Source: Methanobacteriota archaeon
GTDB lineage: Archaea; Halobacteriota; Bog-38; Methanoflorentales; Methanoflorentaceae
Assembly (NCBI GenBank): GCA_963719035.1
Contig: CAVRAO010000002.1
Location: forward strand, 228,144 to 292,143
Reading direction: 5' to 3'
DNA length: 64,000 bases
Every line of letters begins with the position of its first letter. Within the stretch, counting starts at the first letter, position 1. Under the pieces are notes generated by a model. The model made no database searches, was not told the DNA's origin, and saw only the letters and a list, made by a program, of their open reading frames with translations. Positions 43,577 to 52,630 of the stretch are shown piece after piece. Made by a program: the position numbers and the translations under genes.

Positions 43577-44380
43577 TCATTTGAAAAATGACTTCATCTT
43601 TGCTGCGTCTTGTTCAAGGAGGGGCGACTCACATATAATCGTCGCGTCACAACCGTGTTGCTTGAGGGCGTCGGCAAGCAGCTTAAACTGGTTTAGATCT
43701 ACAGGTAAATGCCTACGCTCGTTACCTTTTGAAAATTCAATTCCAGAGAAATGGATATGTACATGATTTCTGTTGCTGAGCGCCCTCAGCACCCGCGCAA
43801 AGTCTTCAACGGTGTGAAAACACCCATTGCACCGAGCGTGTAAATGCGCAAAATCAATAACAGGGCGAACGAGTGGCAGTTCTCGTTGCAGCTTCTGCAA
43901 TTCTTCGACGGTTCCAAACTGACTTTGACGACCTAGCAATTCAACACCAAGATGCGTTTGCGTTATGCGAGCATCGTGCATATACTCCAATAAGCCAACG
44001 CAGGCGTCTTTCACTAGCTCGAACGTCTCATCTTTAGTGTATTTCTTCGTGTAGTAGGCCGAATGGAATACAACGATCTGTGCTCCGAGTGCGTGCGCTC
44101 TATCGATAGAGAGCTTTATTCGATTAATGCTATCTGAGATGATCGTCGGATTTTCTGAAGCGAGGTTAATCATATATGGCGCGTGAACTGACAGATCGAT
44201 CTTCGCATTGCGCGCAATTTCGCCTACTGCTAGCGCTGTCTCTTCCTTCATTGAAACGCGCCTGACAAACTGTACTTCGAGCGCGTCGAGACCGATGTCA
44301 GATAAGTATTCAATGCCCTCTCCTGTGCTCTTTCCTTTTAGTGCCAGAGGAACTCCTGCAATCCCTACCTTAATCATCAA
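43577..44380 (-). CDS. Endonuclease IV (Nfo)-like protein, xylose-isomerase-like TIM barrel
   Basis: HAPYMINLAS motif, 267 aa. Confidence 0.55.
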   Translation of the reverse strand: MMIKVGIAGVPLALKGKSTGEGIEYLSDIGLDALEVQFVRRVSMKEETALAVGEIARNAKIDLSVHAPYMINLASENPTIISDSINRIKLSIDRAHALGAQIVVFHSAYYTKKYTKDETFELVKDACVGLLEYMHDARITQTHLGVELLGRQSQFGTVEELQKLQRELPLVRPVIDFAHLHARCNGCFHTVEDFARVLRALSNRNHVHIHFSGIEFSKGNERRHLPVDLNQFKLLADALKQHGCDATIICESPLLEQDAAKMKSFFK

Positions 44381-44729
44381 CGTTATGCACGATTCGATCG
44401 GCCATAATAGTAACGCGCTCGCTACGAGTCTTTTTGACGATCTGCATCAAAAATGCTCAAACGAAAAATAGAAGTTAAAAGAGCTACAGTGTGTTGCTAG
44501 ATACTATGGACGAAATCGATTTAGCAGCAGAGAAACCCTTGCAGTTTAAGAAAATTAACGAGGTTTCGATGAGTATAGGAACGGTCATAATAAGCGTGCG
44601 AAGTACTGACGAATCTCTCGACAAGGTGAAGGATACCACTTTCGAAATCCTGGGCAAGGTACAAGGAAAAAGCTCACCCGAACATAACTACTAAGCAAAA
44701 TCGCTGCCTTTTGTCTATGCGGTCTTTTT

Positions 44730-45092
44730 TTGCCATCAGAAAATTTAAAAGACTTGATGCCTTCAGATCCAAAAACAACAACAGAGCTTAGAAAGACGCT
44801 GAGCGGAATTACTGAGCTATGTGCTTTGCTAGAAAGCACGTTAGACCGATCTCTGACTGAACCCTATATCGACGCAAATCAGTTCATCTCAAAGTACAAC
44901 CATTTTCGTAACAACCTGTTTTTACTGCAGCCAGATGATGTCATAGAGGAGATGCTGACTGAGATGCCCACGTACGTCTACACTGGCGACGATGCAGCCG
45001 ATGTAGTAAATGTCAAACAACTTCTAGTTGAGGTATACCTCAAAAATTCGCAACTTATGGCGTATCTTCAAAATCTGCTTGAACTTGGTTGA
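44730..45092 (+). CDS. Hypothetical protein
   Basis: 120 aa ORF with no family I recognise. Confidence 0.3.
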   Translation: MPSENLKDLMPSDPKTTTELRKTLSGITELCALLESTLDRSLTEPYIDANQFISKYNHFRNNLFLLQPDDVIEEMLTEMPTYVYTGDDAADVVNVKQLLVEVYLKNSQLMAYLQNLLELG

Positions 45093-45128
45093 TTGCGATA
45101 GTAAACTCCTGGCTTTGATGGTTTTATA

Positions 45129-45265
45129 CGCCGGGGTTGGGATTTGAACCCAAGCGATGCGTCCTCTATAAAAGCCCCGCAGGCTTTTCTATGCAAGGCA
45201 TCAACAGGTCTCGAGCCTGCCGCGTTGGGACTCGTTGCCGATTAGTCCGCTCTGCCACCCCGGGC
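45129..45265 (-). tRNA. tRNA-Ser(CGA)-like gene of 137 nt, carrying about 50 nt of non-canonical inserted sequence that may be introns
   Basis: A perfect T-arm (UUGGG-UUCAAAU-CCCAA), acceptor 3' CCCCGGC with G73, a Ser-type D-arm (GAGCGGACUAA) and a canonical anticodon arm GCAGG-CUCGAGA-CCUGU. The 5' acceptor reads GCCCGGGG, one C too many. Confidence 0.55.
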
Positions 45266-45318
45266 ATGCGCACTGATGTGCGTGCTTCTTATAGCAAAAC
45301 TCCTATAAAGATTATTGG

Positions 45319-45531
45319 ATGCCAAAAGAACACCTCTGTGTCACCGTAGAGCTGAAAGGACAGGCACAAGAAGTGAATTTGCCTTTGGGTTCAGACTACG
45401 AGCGATTGCTAAGTGAACTCAAATTAAATTCTGAAGAGGTTCTTGTTTTTGTAGAGAATGAGGCAGTCCCCTTCGACGCTCCCGTGCAACCAGGGATTGT
45501 ACGTGTGTTAAAAGTCGTTTCCGGCGGTTAA
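45319..45531 (+). CDS. ThiS/MoaD/SAMP-like ubiquitin-fold sulfur-carrier protein with a C-terminal GG
   Basis: 70 aa with a beta-grasp pattern, ending ...VLKVVSGG. Confidence 0.6.
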   Translation: MPKEHLCVTVELKGQAQEVNLPLGSDYERLLSELKLNSEEVLVFVENEAVPFDAPVQPGIVRVLKVVSGG

Positions 45532-45561
45532 ACAAGAAGATTGATTTAACACTTACTAACC

Positions 45562-46467
45562 CTATTCTTGCAGTATCTTGTCTAACTTGACTGATTCATC
45601 GGATTGCGAGAAAAAAGGTAGAGCAGCGATCGCACCAATAATGCCGCGCCCTTCTAGGCAAACCTTCACACCAGCAGCGTGAGCTGCCTCGGTAGCCGCA
45701 GAAATAGACACCTCGCCTGAGCGGGTCGCGTTACCGAAATTCAAAAGGCGTTCTGCACTGAACGATTTTAAGACAGCCATTCCCGTCTTATCTGATAGCG
45801 AGAGCTCCTCCAAGAGTTTTTTGAATTTTTTGATAGGTTTGTCGTCGTTCAAACCCGCAAACTCGACGACAGTTGCCACGCAGTTTTTCGTCTTCGCCTT
45901 GACAGGGTAAAGTTGCACAATAGCGTGAGAAACGTAGCGAAGCGATTCGTTATCTACCATTGTGGCTATGTTGTTCACTAGTGACCACGTTGCACCTTCT
46001 TGTTTGGTGTCTGTGTCATCCACCCCTATAATAATGCGAGACCTTTTTGGCAATGTAAGCGTCCCGCGACTTAACTTGCTGCCTCCTGCTGGCGTGAGAT
46101 CGTAATCGATGACGTCGCGAGCAAGCGCTCTACACATTGTAGCGCCGACGCCACCACCCCCTAAGCCAGCGTACGTCACCTTTATGGTGTCTTTTGACAC
46201 AGTAACAGACTCAATCCCGCCAGCAGATACAGACGCTCTGAGTTTAAGATGAGACGTCCCCTCTTTGATGAGATAGCGAGTCGTGTTTCCCAAAGCGCGA
46301 CTTGTGACGATCAGTGGACTTGCTTGAGCATAGTGATACCGGGCCCACGCAGCACCGCCATAACAGTTCGTTGTTTCGATAAGCTCAATACAACCCGTTC
46401 CTGAGATAGCTAAGATGTCTCTGTAAGGCACTATCCAAGGAAGATGTCTGAACTCAGGCGTGGCCAT
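45562..46467 (-). CDS. Conserved hypothetical protein with a Gly-rich nucleotide-binding-like loop, distal gene of the ycaO-tfuA operon
   Basis: 301 aa. It has a GLGGGGVGATMCRALAR loop and an IIIGVDDTDT motif, and its start overlaps the upstream gene. Confidence 0.35.
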   Translation of the reverse strand: MATPEFRHLPWIVPYRDILAISGTGCIELIETTNCYGGAAWARYHYAQASPLIVTSRALGNTTRYLIKEGTSHLKLRASVSAGGIESVTVSKDTIKVTYAGLGGGGVGATMCRALARDVIDYDLTPAGGSKLSRGTLTLPKRSRIIIGVDDTDTKQEGATWSLVNNIATMVDNESLRYVSHAIVQLYPVKAKTKNCVATVVEFAGLNDDKPIKKFKKLLEELSLSDKTGMAVLKSFSAERLLNFGNATRSGEVSISAATEAAHAAGVKVCLEGRGIIGAIAALPFFSQSDESVKLDKILQE

Positions 46468-46478
46468 CAGTCGTCACC

Positions 46479-47018
46479 TTAATCCTCTTTTGCACGGAAA
46501 CGATTTATAGCTGTTCTAATCGAATCAGCTACTGTTATGCTCGCTCTTCGCGCCACGGGACTCAAGCCGTCCCCAAAATCACAATTAGCCGGTTGAATGC
46601 CGATGAGAAAAATGTTGCAGTTCATTTCCGTTTGGAGGTATTCGCCGAGCGCTAATAGAGAAGCCTTGTGTGTTGAGACCGATGAACCTTTAAGGTCGTT
46701 GAGCTGAAAGATGTGTGCATCGCCAGGCAAAGCGCCGAAATCTGCTGCATCTACAAGCACAACACAAGTTGGTTTTACTCGTTTGAGGTACCCCGTAAAG
46801 TTTTCAGGAGCGTTTTGACAGTTAAGCACAACGACCGAAGGGTCATCAAAACTCGAGCTGAGTCTATCAACAACAGCAAGTCCTACTGCGTCATCACGTC
46901 TTAATTCATTTCCAATTCCCAAGATCGCGATTTTTGAACAGGCATATCCCGCAAAGAGGCGATAAACGTTTAACTCGAATTCATCCATCATGGCTGCACC
47001 GAATGCTGTCGGTCGCAA
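46479..47018 (-). CDS. HycI-like (hydrogenase maturation protease family) endopeptidase
   Basis: ILGIGNELRRDDAVGLAVVDRL ... VVLVDAADFGALPGD. It overlaps the tfuA 3' end. Confidence 0.55.
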   Translation of the reverse strand: MRPTAFGAAMMDEFELNVYRLFAGYACSKIAILGIGNELRRDDAVGLAVVDRLSSSFDDPSVVVLNCQNAPENFTGYLKRVKPTCVVLVDAADFGALPGDAHIFQLNDLKGSSVSTHKASLLALGEYLQTEMNCNIFLIGIQPANCDFGDGLSPVARRASITVADSIRTAINRFRAKED

Positions 47019-47668
47019 AACCTCACGACTTCTTGAACCACGAGCTTCGCATCTCGTTTCTTAAGGTCGTAGTCATGACTAGCAAGAAACGTTTTGATCT
47101 TAGTACGATCACCGCTATCTATCTGTCCCCTCAACTCAGCTGTCTTTAAAACTAATGGAAAGCTTCGTTCCATATAAAAGAAGCTCTTTGCGAGGTTAAG
47201 CAAAGCGTTGCTCATGTCTCTGTCCACAATTGAAGCGTCTAAGAGTGAGTGTAAGGCAACGCGTATATTGATGAGCGGTTCGGATACAGGCTCGTAAGTG
47301 ATTGGGTTGTACGCCACGGCAACTTCATCATCTGCTTCAATAACTCCCTCTTTAAAACACGTATAGATCTTCCCGACTCCAATCATCCCGAAACTGTCGA
47401 GTTCAGAGGCGCGCAACGCCCCCATGCTTGATCCACCAACAACAGTCACGCCCGACTTAATTGCACCTATTATTTCTCGATGTGAAACCGCAGCACGATT
47501 AAAAAAAACGCCGTCAATCAATCCGATGATCGATATGCCCGTTTTAGCCGCTTTCAAGATATCTCCTCGTACGGCGGGGGGGCAGCATCTTATCCTTTGA
47601 TCAGCGGAAGACACTTCAGACCAAGACAAACTTGGACCTGTAAATATTACGCAGTCACATTTCGCCAT
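46988..47668 (-). CDS. tfuA: TfuA-like protein
   Basis: 226 aa of TfuA family, overlapping the ycaO stop. Confidence 0.7.
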   Translation of the reverse strand: MAKCDCVIFTGPSLSWSEVSSADQRIRCCPPAVRGDILKAAKTGISIIGLIDGVFFNRAAVSHREIIGAIKSGVTVVGGSSMGALRASELDSFGMIGVGKIYTCFKEGVIEADDEVAVAYNPITYEPVSEPLINIRVALHSLLDASIVDRDMSNALLNLAKSFFYMERSFPLVLKTAELRGQIDSGDRTKIKTFLASHDYDLKKRDAKLVVQEVVRFCDRQHSVQP

Positions 47669-48864
47669 TCTTTGTAGCGCGTTCCTTTTCGTTCCCGATC
47701 CAAGAAATAGACCTCAAAGCCTGGTATAGTTGCACGAACTACGGGAACACGAATAGCGCTTACTGTTATATCAGAGATAATAACGCTGTTTGCCACATTT
47801 TGCAAGCGCTCGAGGACGATTCTGATGTCACTGTCGATAGATGTAGTTGCCATAGCTTCAAGTTCGTCGAGCTCGATCATCTCGCGTGGTTTTTCTAACC
47901 AATGCTTATTGAGCCTTTTCATCCTCTCATACCCAATCATTCGGGCTACCGATTCCCGATTGGTGTCTTCACGAGCGCCGTGAATCTGTGTAGCTCGCGA
48001 CTGCGCCACTTCAGTCAGTGCTCTAAGCGCGGCAATTTCGGGATCGGTATGACTTCCGGCCCCCATAACCAATAAAGAAGCATCACGCATTTTTTCGTCA
48101 TCTGATGCTGCCACAATAGTTGGAACGCCAGTATCAGTGCGGAGCGACCACAGCCGAACGACAACGCCTTGCTGCTCAAACTTGTCGATTATTTCGCTAA
48201 CTCGACCTGCACCTACGTTGAGACCTAAACCGGGGTTGCGGTTTATCTCTGCAATGCTTACTGCGTCTCTCTCAATTACCTCCATCAGGCCATGAAAGAT
48301 CGCCTCTTCCATTACGTTGCCTGATGCAAGACCATTTGTATTGCTTCTAAAGAGCTGCCAATTACCTCGCACTGGCGAATAAGGATGAAAAACGGCGTTT
48401 GCCGGAACAATTACCTCTTCATCGTTAAGAAGGTCCCACCCTGGGTACCACTCAATTTTTGTATCGGTAGAAAGGTAGCCCGGCAATATGAGATCAGTGG
48501 GATTAACGGCGCGATTTTCTCCACTAAGGTGCGCGTATGAATCGAACAATAATTGCTCCTTGAGATTTCCAACTTCAGCAGAGAACCGTTCGACAGCCTC
48601 CATTATCACCGAAACGCGGGCTTCCGTTTCACTTGTGCCCTTGCCAGCATACACAGAAATAGCACCGTCTGCTGCCGACGGCCTTATAGCAGAAAATACG
48701 GGCAACCCTATGCGATCTAGCCCGGAAATATCTGCTATCCGTGTTATCCCAACCTCTGGTACGGCTGCCTGAACACGTTCTAGTGTCTCTGCTGGCGGTA
48801 TCACCCTGTGCGTATCAATGCAATACGTCTTTGGTGCAGTGTGCAGTTCAATCTTGCTTGTCAT
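47647..48864 (-). CDS. ycaO: YcaO-domain protein (methanogenesis marker 1; McrA glycine thioamidation)
   Basis: 405 aa YcaO ATP-binding domain immediately followed by tfuA. Confidence 0.75.
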   Translation of the reverse strand: MTSKIELHTAPKTYCIDTHRVIPPAETLERVQAAVPEVGITRIADISGLDRIGLPVFSAIRPSAADGAISVYAGKGTSETEARVSVIMEAVERFSAEVGNLKEQLLFDSYAHLSGENRAVNPTDLILPGYLSTDTKIEWYPGWDLLNDEEVIVPANAVFHPYSPVRGNWQLFRSNTNGLASGNVMEEAIFHGLMEVIERDAVSIAEINRNPGLGLNVGAGRVSEIIDKFEQQGVVVRLWSLRTDTGVPTIVAASDDEKMRDASLLVMGAGSHTDPEIAALRALTEVAQSRATQIHGAREDTNRESVARMIGYERMKRLNKHWLEKPREMIELDELEAMATTSIDSDIRIVLERLQNVANSVIISDITVSAIRVPVVRATIPGFEVYFLDRERKGTRYKEWRNVTA

Positions 48865-49077
48865 TACGCCTCACGCAAGTGCGGATATAACAATTCTTCT
48901 GTATTTTGAATGCTCAAACTCAAGCGCTTACCGTGCATAACATGCTAGTGTCGCCTAATAAACAAATCGATGTAGGGCCTTAAGCAGCTGCAAATAAGAG
49001 CGACGCATAGGAACTTTTCTTACTTGTAATAAACTCAAATATTTATTAATTGGAAAAAAGTCAGACACAACGCGTCC

Positions 49078-49422
49078 TTAGTCGCTTTCATCAAGGTTAT
49101 CTGTGAATTTTCCCGTGTTTTGTAGAATATTATACCAGCGACGAGAGATCGAATACGCAAAATCTTCAAACACAATGTAGTTTATCTCCTTAAGAATCGC
49201 TCCCTCTGCGATAGTTACAAACGTATAGTCAAAATCTGAAGATTCAATTTTAAAAATGTCGCCTACAGATCCCTTTATCTCGTGCGGCTTCTCTCCATTA
49301 TCTTGCGTCACAAGAGCCCAGTTAGGGCCAAATCGCGGATGAATTCCTAATAGTTGCCAAACGTTACTCGAACCTTCAATCAAAAAGCTCAGTTCTGCTT
49401 TGAGACTCAGTATTGTATCCAC
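49078..49422 (-). CDS. Hypothetical protein
   Basis: 114 aa. Confidence 0.3.
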   Translation of the reverse strand: MDTILSLKAELSFLIEGSSNVWQLLGIHPRFGPNWALVTQDNGEKPHEIKGSVGDIFKIESSDFDYTFVTIAEGAILKEINYIVFEDFAYSISRRWYNILQNTGKFTDNLDESD

Positions 49423-49640
49423 ACCTTGCTCCTTATGTAAAGACGAATAAGCTCAGCTTGACTTTTGATATGCCTTATGCTTTGTCTTTGAAAAAACTTT
49501 CGTGCCAGAAGCTACGGAGTTCATAGGCTTTCACTTCGCATGTTACTTCAAAAGTCTTCAACTTTTGACTAGAGACGTTGCTATTCGATGATCTTTTGAT
49601 TGTCGATATCTAGAAGTAAGAGGAGATAGAAGTACGTCTG

Positions 49641-49904
49641 ATGGCTCAAGACGCAGAAAAAGACACCGAAGGTCAAAACGAGGACGTTTACGAGCTCGTA
49701 TTACCTCCTGGTATTCCAAGTAAGGTTATAATTGCAGCGTGCAAAGAATTTAACACTGACGTTGTGTCAGCTTATGCAGACGTTGAAACTGGCCTAACTG
49801 ACGTGACTTCTCGAGATTTACTCGCTTTTAGGGCAGACAAGGAGACAATAGAAAAGATCCGTGAATTCGTAATTGAAGAGACGAGAAAGTTTATTGACGA
49901 GTGA
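49641..49904 (+). CDS. Hypothetical protein
   Basis: 87 aa. Confidence 0.3.
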   Translation: MAQDAEKDTEGQNEDVYELVLPPGIPSKVIIAACKEFNTDVVSAYADVETGLTDVTSRDLLAFRADKETIEKIREFVIEETRKFIDE

Positions 49905-49956
49905 AATTAGCTTGTGAATGCAAAGTTGCGCAGGATCGCAAGTTACGTGCTGCGCC

Positions 49957-50277
49957 TTAACCACCGGGCTCATCAAAGCCGTCCATTGTTACGTGAAGTA
50001 ACTCTCTTTTCTCATCTAAGCGTTTGCGAAACTCTTCGAGTGACTGAGCCTCTCTATCTGCTGTCACTGTTTCCTTGCTGACTAGCTCGAGGTGCTTTGG
50101 ATCGTAATACAAATTAGAAGAGTCAATAAGCACCCACGTCTTTTCCTCAAAGACTCGTAGCTCTAGCACCTTTCCGCGCGTGTGCGTGCCGGCATACTTA
50201 ACATGAGCGCCTACGGTAATCGCGCGATTTTTCATGTCGAGAGCAACTTCATCGCCCATGTCACATTCCCTCATCAA
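49957..50277 (-). CDS. Hypothetical protein
   Basis: 106 aa. Confidence 0.3.
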   Translation of the reverse strand: MMRECDMGDEVALDMKNRAITVGAHVKYAGTHTRGKVLELRVFEEKTWVLIDSSNLYYDPKHLELVSKETVTADREAQSLEEFRKRLDEKRELLHVTMDGFDEPGG

Positions 50278-50332
50278 CTATTCGTTCTTAAGTTCTTAAG
50301 CTTACTGCACCTGTTAACGACCCACGTTTTGC

Positions 50333-51001
50333 CTAGTAGCTGTTGCTATCCCTTTCACATAAAGCAAAAGCGCGCACAGGAGAAGCGTCAGCACGTACTA
50401 ACTTCAGCGGCATCCCGAAGAATATTGCGCGCTTACCCACAAGCATCCGGAGATTACTTGACAGATTTTCAAAAATGACAATGTCGTTTTGGAGAAGTTT
50501 CTTATGGACCTCGTTCTCTAACGAGTCGAGAGGATCTACGGACATGCTATCAATTCCTACTGCCTTTACTCGTTTCTCTATTAACCAGTCCGCAAGAGTT
50601 GTATCAAGACAAGTCCACAGGCGCTTTGTCGGCATACTTGTTGCCGGATCGTTAGACTTAGTGTAGAAAAGCGCTATCTCGCCTTGTTGGACAGTAACAC
50701 TCGGATCTAAATCATCCAAGCAAATACATGACCCGAGGACTTTATTTGTAACGTCATATATAAGCGCGCTCCCGCAAAAAGCTTCGAGAGCCAGCTCGTC
50801 AACGCTTTTACCTAGTTCTGAGAGATGATAGGGAACATCGACGTGGGTACCGGCATGCGTGCTCAAGACAACACGTGCTATGTTCGCTCCGTCCCTTTGG
50901 ATTGTGCCAAGGACCTCCAGTTGCGGACAAGGGTCTCCAGGATATGTGGCTGTTTCAGCTGATAAAGGAAGAGACAGATCAACTATTCTTCTTTCGTTCA
51001 T
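50333..51001 (-). CDS. Cyclase-family protein (kynurenine formamidase-like)
   Basis: HAGTHVDVPYH motif. Confidence 0.65.
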   Translation of the reverse strand: MNERRIVDLSLPLSAETATYPGDPCPQLEVLGTIQRDGANIARVVLSTHAGTHVDVPYHLSELGKSVDELALEAFCGSALIYDVTNKVLGSCICLDDLDPSVTVQQGEIALFYTKSNDPATSMPTKRLWTCLDTTLADWLIEKRVKAVGIDSMSVDPLDSLENEVHKKLLQNDIVIFENLSSNLRMLVGKRAIFFGMPLKLVRADASPVRAFALCERDSNSY

Positions 51002-51098
51002 AATGGTGAGTTAAAAAAAAGTGCATTTACGTGAGTAAGAATTGGATGAACAGCACTAACTATAGCACAAAAAAAGAAAAAAAAGAAGGGAGCTGGTT

Positions 51099-52058
51099 TT
51101 AAACCAGCCTCATCAACGGTGTGTTTTCCGTCTGCGGTTCGACTCCTAGCTCTTTGGTGCTCTCCTCGTTTATGATGTCGATCATCGCCATAGCGGGGAA
51201 GATGATCGTTGACAATTCGACCGGACCATACAAGAGATAGTCGGCGCCGACAATACCACAGATCATGTTTGCACCGATACTACATGGTTCCCACACCTCT
51301 GGGACGGGCCGGTTCAGTGTGTGGCCGGTCTTTCTGAATCTGCGCAACCACGTCCACGCATCAGGGATGTTGTGTGGTCCGCCTCCGGTCGGGAACCCGA
51401 GCGTGCCCTTGAATGCGACCACCGATCGGATTGACTGTCCTGCGCCTGCGCCGAGTGAGAGCGAAGCGACATCGAGCAGCGGCCGCGTAATGCCGGATTC
51501 TTCACTAGACTTTAGGAGTCCCTGTTCCTGTCCTGTGCCGCCAACCGTAAGTATGTCTAGTCGGCCTCTCGGGCTCACGTCCGTCGGATTGAACGCCAAA
51601 ACGATGGCTGAGTCGACATCTGTTTGCTTTATCGCCTCCCACTCTTCTGGCAGCGCACTTGCATTGACGGAGTTATAAACGGCGAGTTTTCCCGCGCCGA
51701 TTTCATCCGCGTATTTTGCCGCGAACATGCGCACCGCCGGCACACTTGAATCGACCAGGAAGGCGATCCCGGGGGCGGTTTCCAGGTGCCAGTCGATGTA
51801 CTTTTTCATCGCCTCTTCGGTCTCGGCGATCACCTGGTTCCAGTAGCCGAGCCCCGTCAGGTCCGACAGCTCAACCTGTGTGTTCCACTGCGTTTCGGCG
51901 AGTTCCTTGTCAATTTCACCTTTCTGGGCGTCTAAAACCACCTTATGCTTGTCGTAGAACATCGAGCTGGCGAGCACGGTCGGATATTCGCCGGGTTGCC
52001 CGCCAACGTGAAAACCGCCTATTTCGAAAACGGTTTGCTTTTTATCGTATCTAAACAT
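51099..52058 (-). CDS. mtrH: Tetrahydromethanopterin S-methyltransferase subunit H
   Basis: 319 aa. Last gene of the operon, with pterin-binding family similarity. Confidence 0.85.
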   Translation of the reverse strand: MFRYDKKQTVFEIGGFHVGGQPGEYPTVLASSMFYDKHKVVLDAQKGEIDKELAETQWNTQVELSDLTGLGYWNQVIAETEEAMKKYIDWHLETAPGIAFLVDSSVPAVRMFAAKYADEIGAGKLAVYNSVNASALPEEWEAIKQTDVDSAIVLAFNPTDVSPRGRLDILTVGGTGQEQGLLKSSEESGITRPLLDVASLSLGAGAGQSIRSVVAFKGTLGFPTGGGPHNIPDAWTWLRRFRKTGHTLNRPVPEVWEPCSIGANMICGIVGADYLLYGPVELSTIIFPAMAMIDIINEESTKELGVEPQTENTPLMRLV

Positions 52059-52085
52059 GCTATATGAACCTCCTCACGTCGTCAT

Positions 52086-52328
52086 TCATCCGAATAGCTT
52101 AAACAAGACCGACAGCTGCGTCAGCGAATTGAGCACGATGAATAGGATGATGCCTCCAATGAGGCCATAGGCAATGCCTATGTCCCTACCAACGCGCTGT
52201 CCGTACCGCTGCGCGACTTCGGCCATTGCAAACTCCAATCGCTCTTCGACCGAGTCGAGTTGCTTCTGGAGCTCTCGGTAGTCAGTTTGGTCTACCATTA
52301 CCTGGGGGAATTGCTTTGGCATATTCAC
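52086..52328 (-). CDS. mtrG: Tetrahydromethanopterin S-methyltransferase subunit G
   Basis: 80 aa with one C-terminal TM helix, in the operon position. Confidence 0.75.
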   Translation of the reverse strand: MNMPKQFPQVMVDQTDYRELQKQLDSVEERLEFAMAEVAQRYGQRVGRDIGIAYGLIGGIILFIVLNSLTQLSVLFKLFG

Positions 52329-52331
52329 ACC

Positions 52332-52622
52332 TCACTTATAGAAGTAGTAGAGCAATGGCAGTCCCGCAATAAGGCACGCAGCTGCGAAGCCCAATGCAAA
52401 CCCGAGTATCGAGTTCCCCCCGTACCCCGAGTCAAGCTTGAGCGTTCGTGTCGTGATTAGCGCACGATACCTTATGTCGTTCATGAGATCGTCTAACAAT
52501 GCCATGCTCGGCGCCATGGGTTTAGCTATGCCCTGGTCGAAGTCAATGACTGATGTGGGTGCGACCTCTTCGCCGGCTGCTGCCGGCCCTTCGCCGCCCC
52601 CTCCAAAACGTTCTGCTGCCAT
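52332..52622 (-). CDS. mtrF: Tetrahydromethanopterin S-methyltransferase subunit F
   Basis: 96 aa with a C-terminal TM helix, in the operon position. Confidence 0.7.
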   Translation of the reverse strand: MAAERFGGGGEGPAAAGEEVAPTSVIDFDQGIAKPMAPSMALLDDLMNDIRYRALITTRTLKLDSGYGGNSILGFALGFAAACLIAGLPLLYYFYK

Positions 52623-52630
52623 TTTTCACC

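Noticed and set aside
45129-45265. Interpretation as intron-containing tRNA-Trp with a box C/D intron
   Set aside because: A CCA triplet exists (index 38-40), but its flanking stem and loop are non-canonical, with C33 and no 3' partner strand. No convincing C box (RUGAUGA) or D box (CUGA) pair is present. The CUCGAGA arm is a far better anticodon arm.
45137-45349. 70-aa plus-strand ORF
   Set aside because: It overlaps the tRNA-Ser-like gene on the opposite strand, and the sequence is explained by the tRNA.
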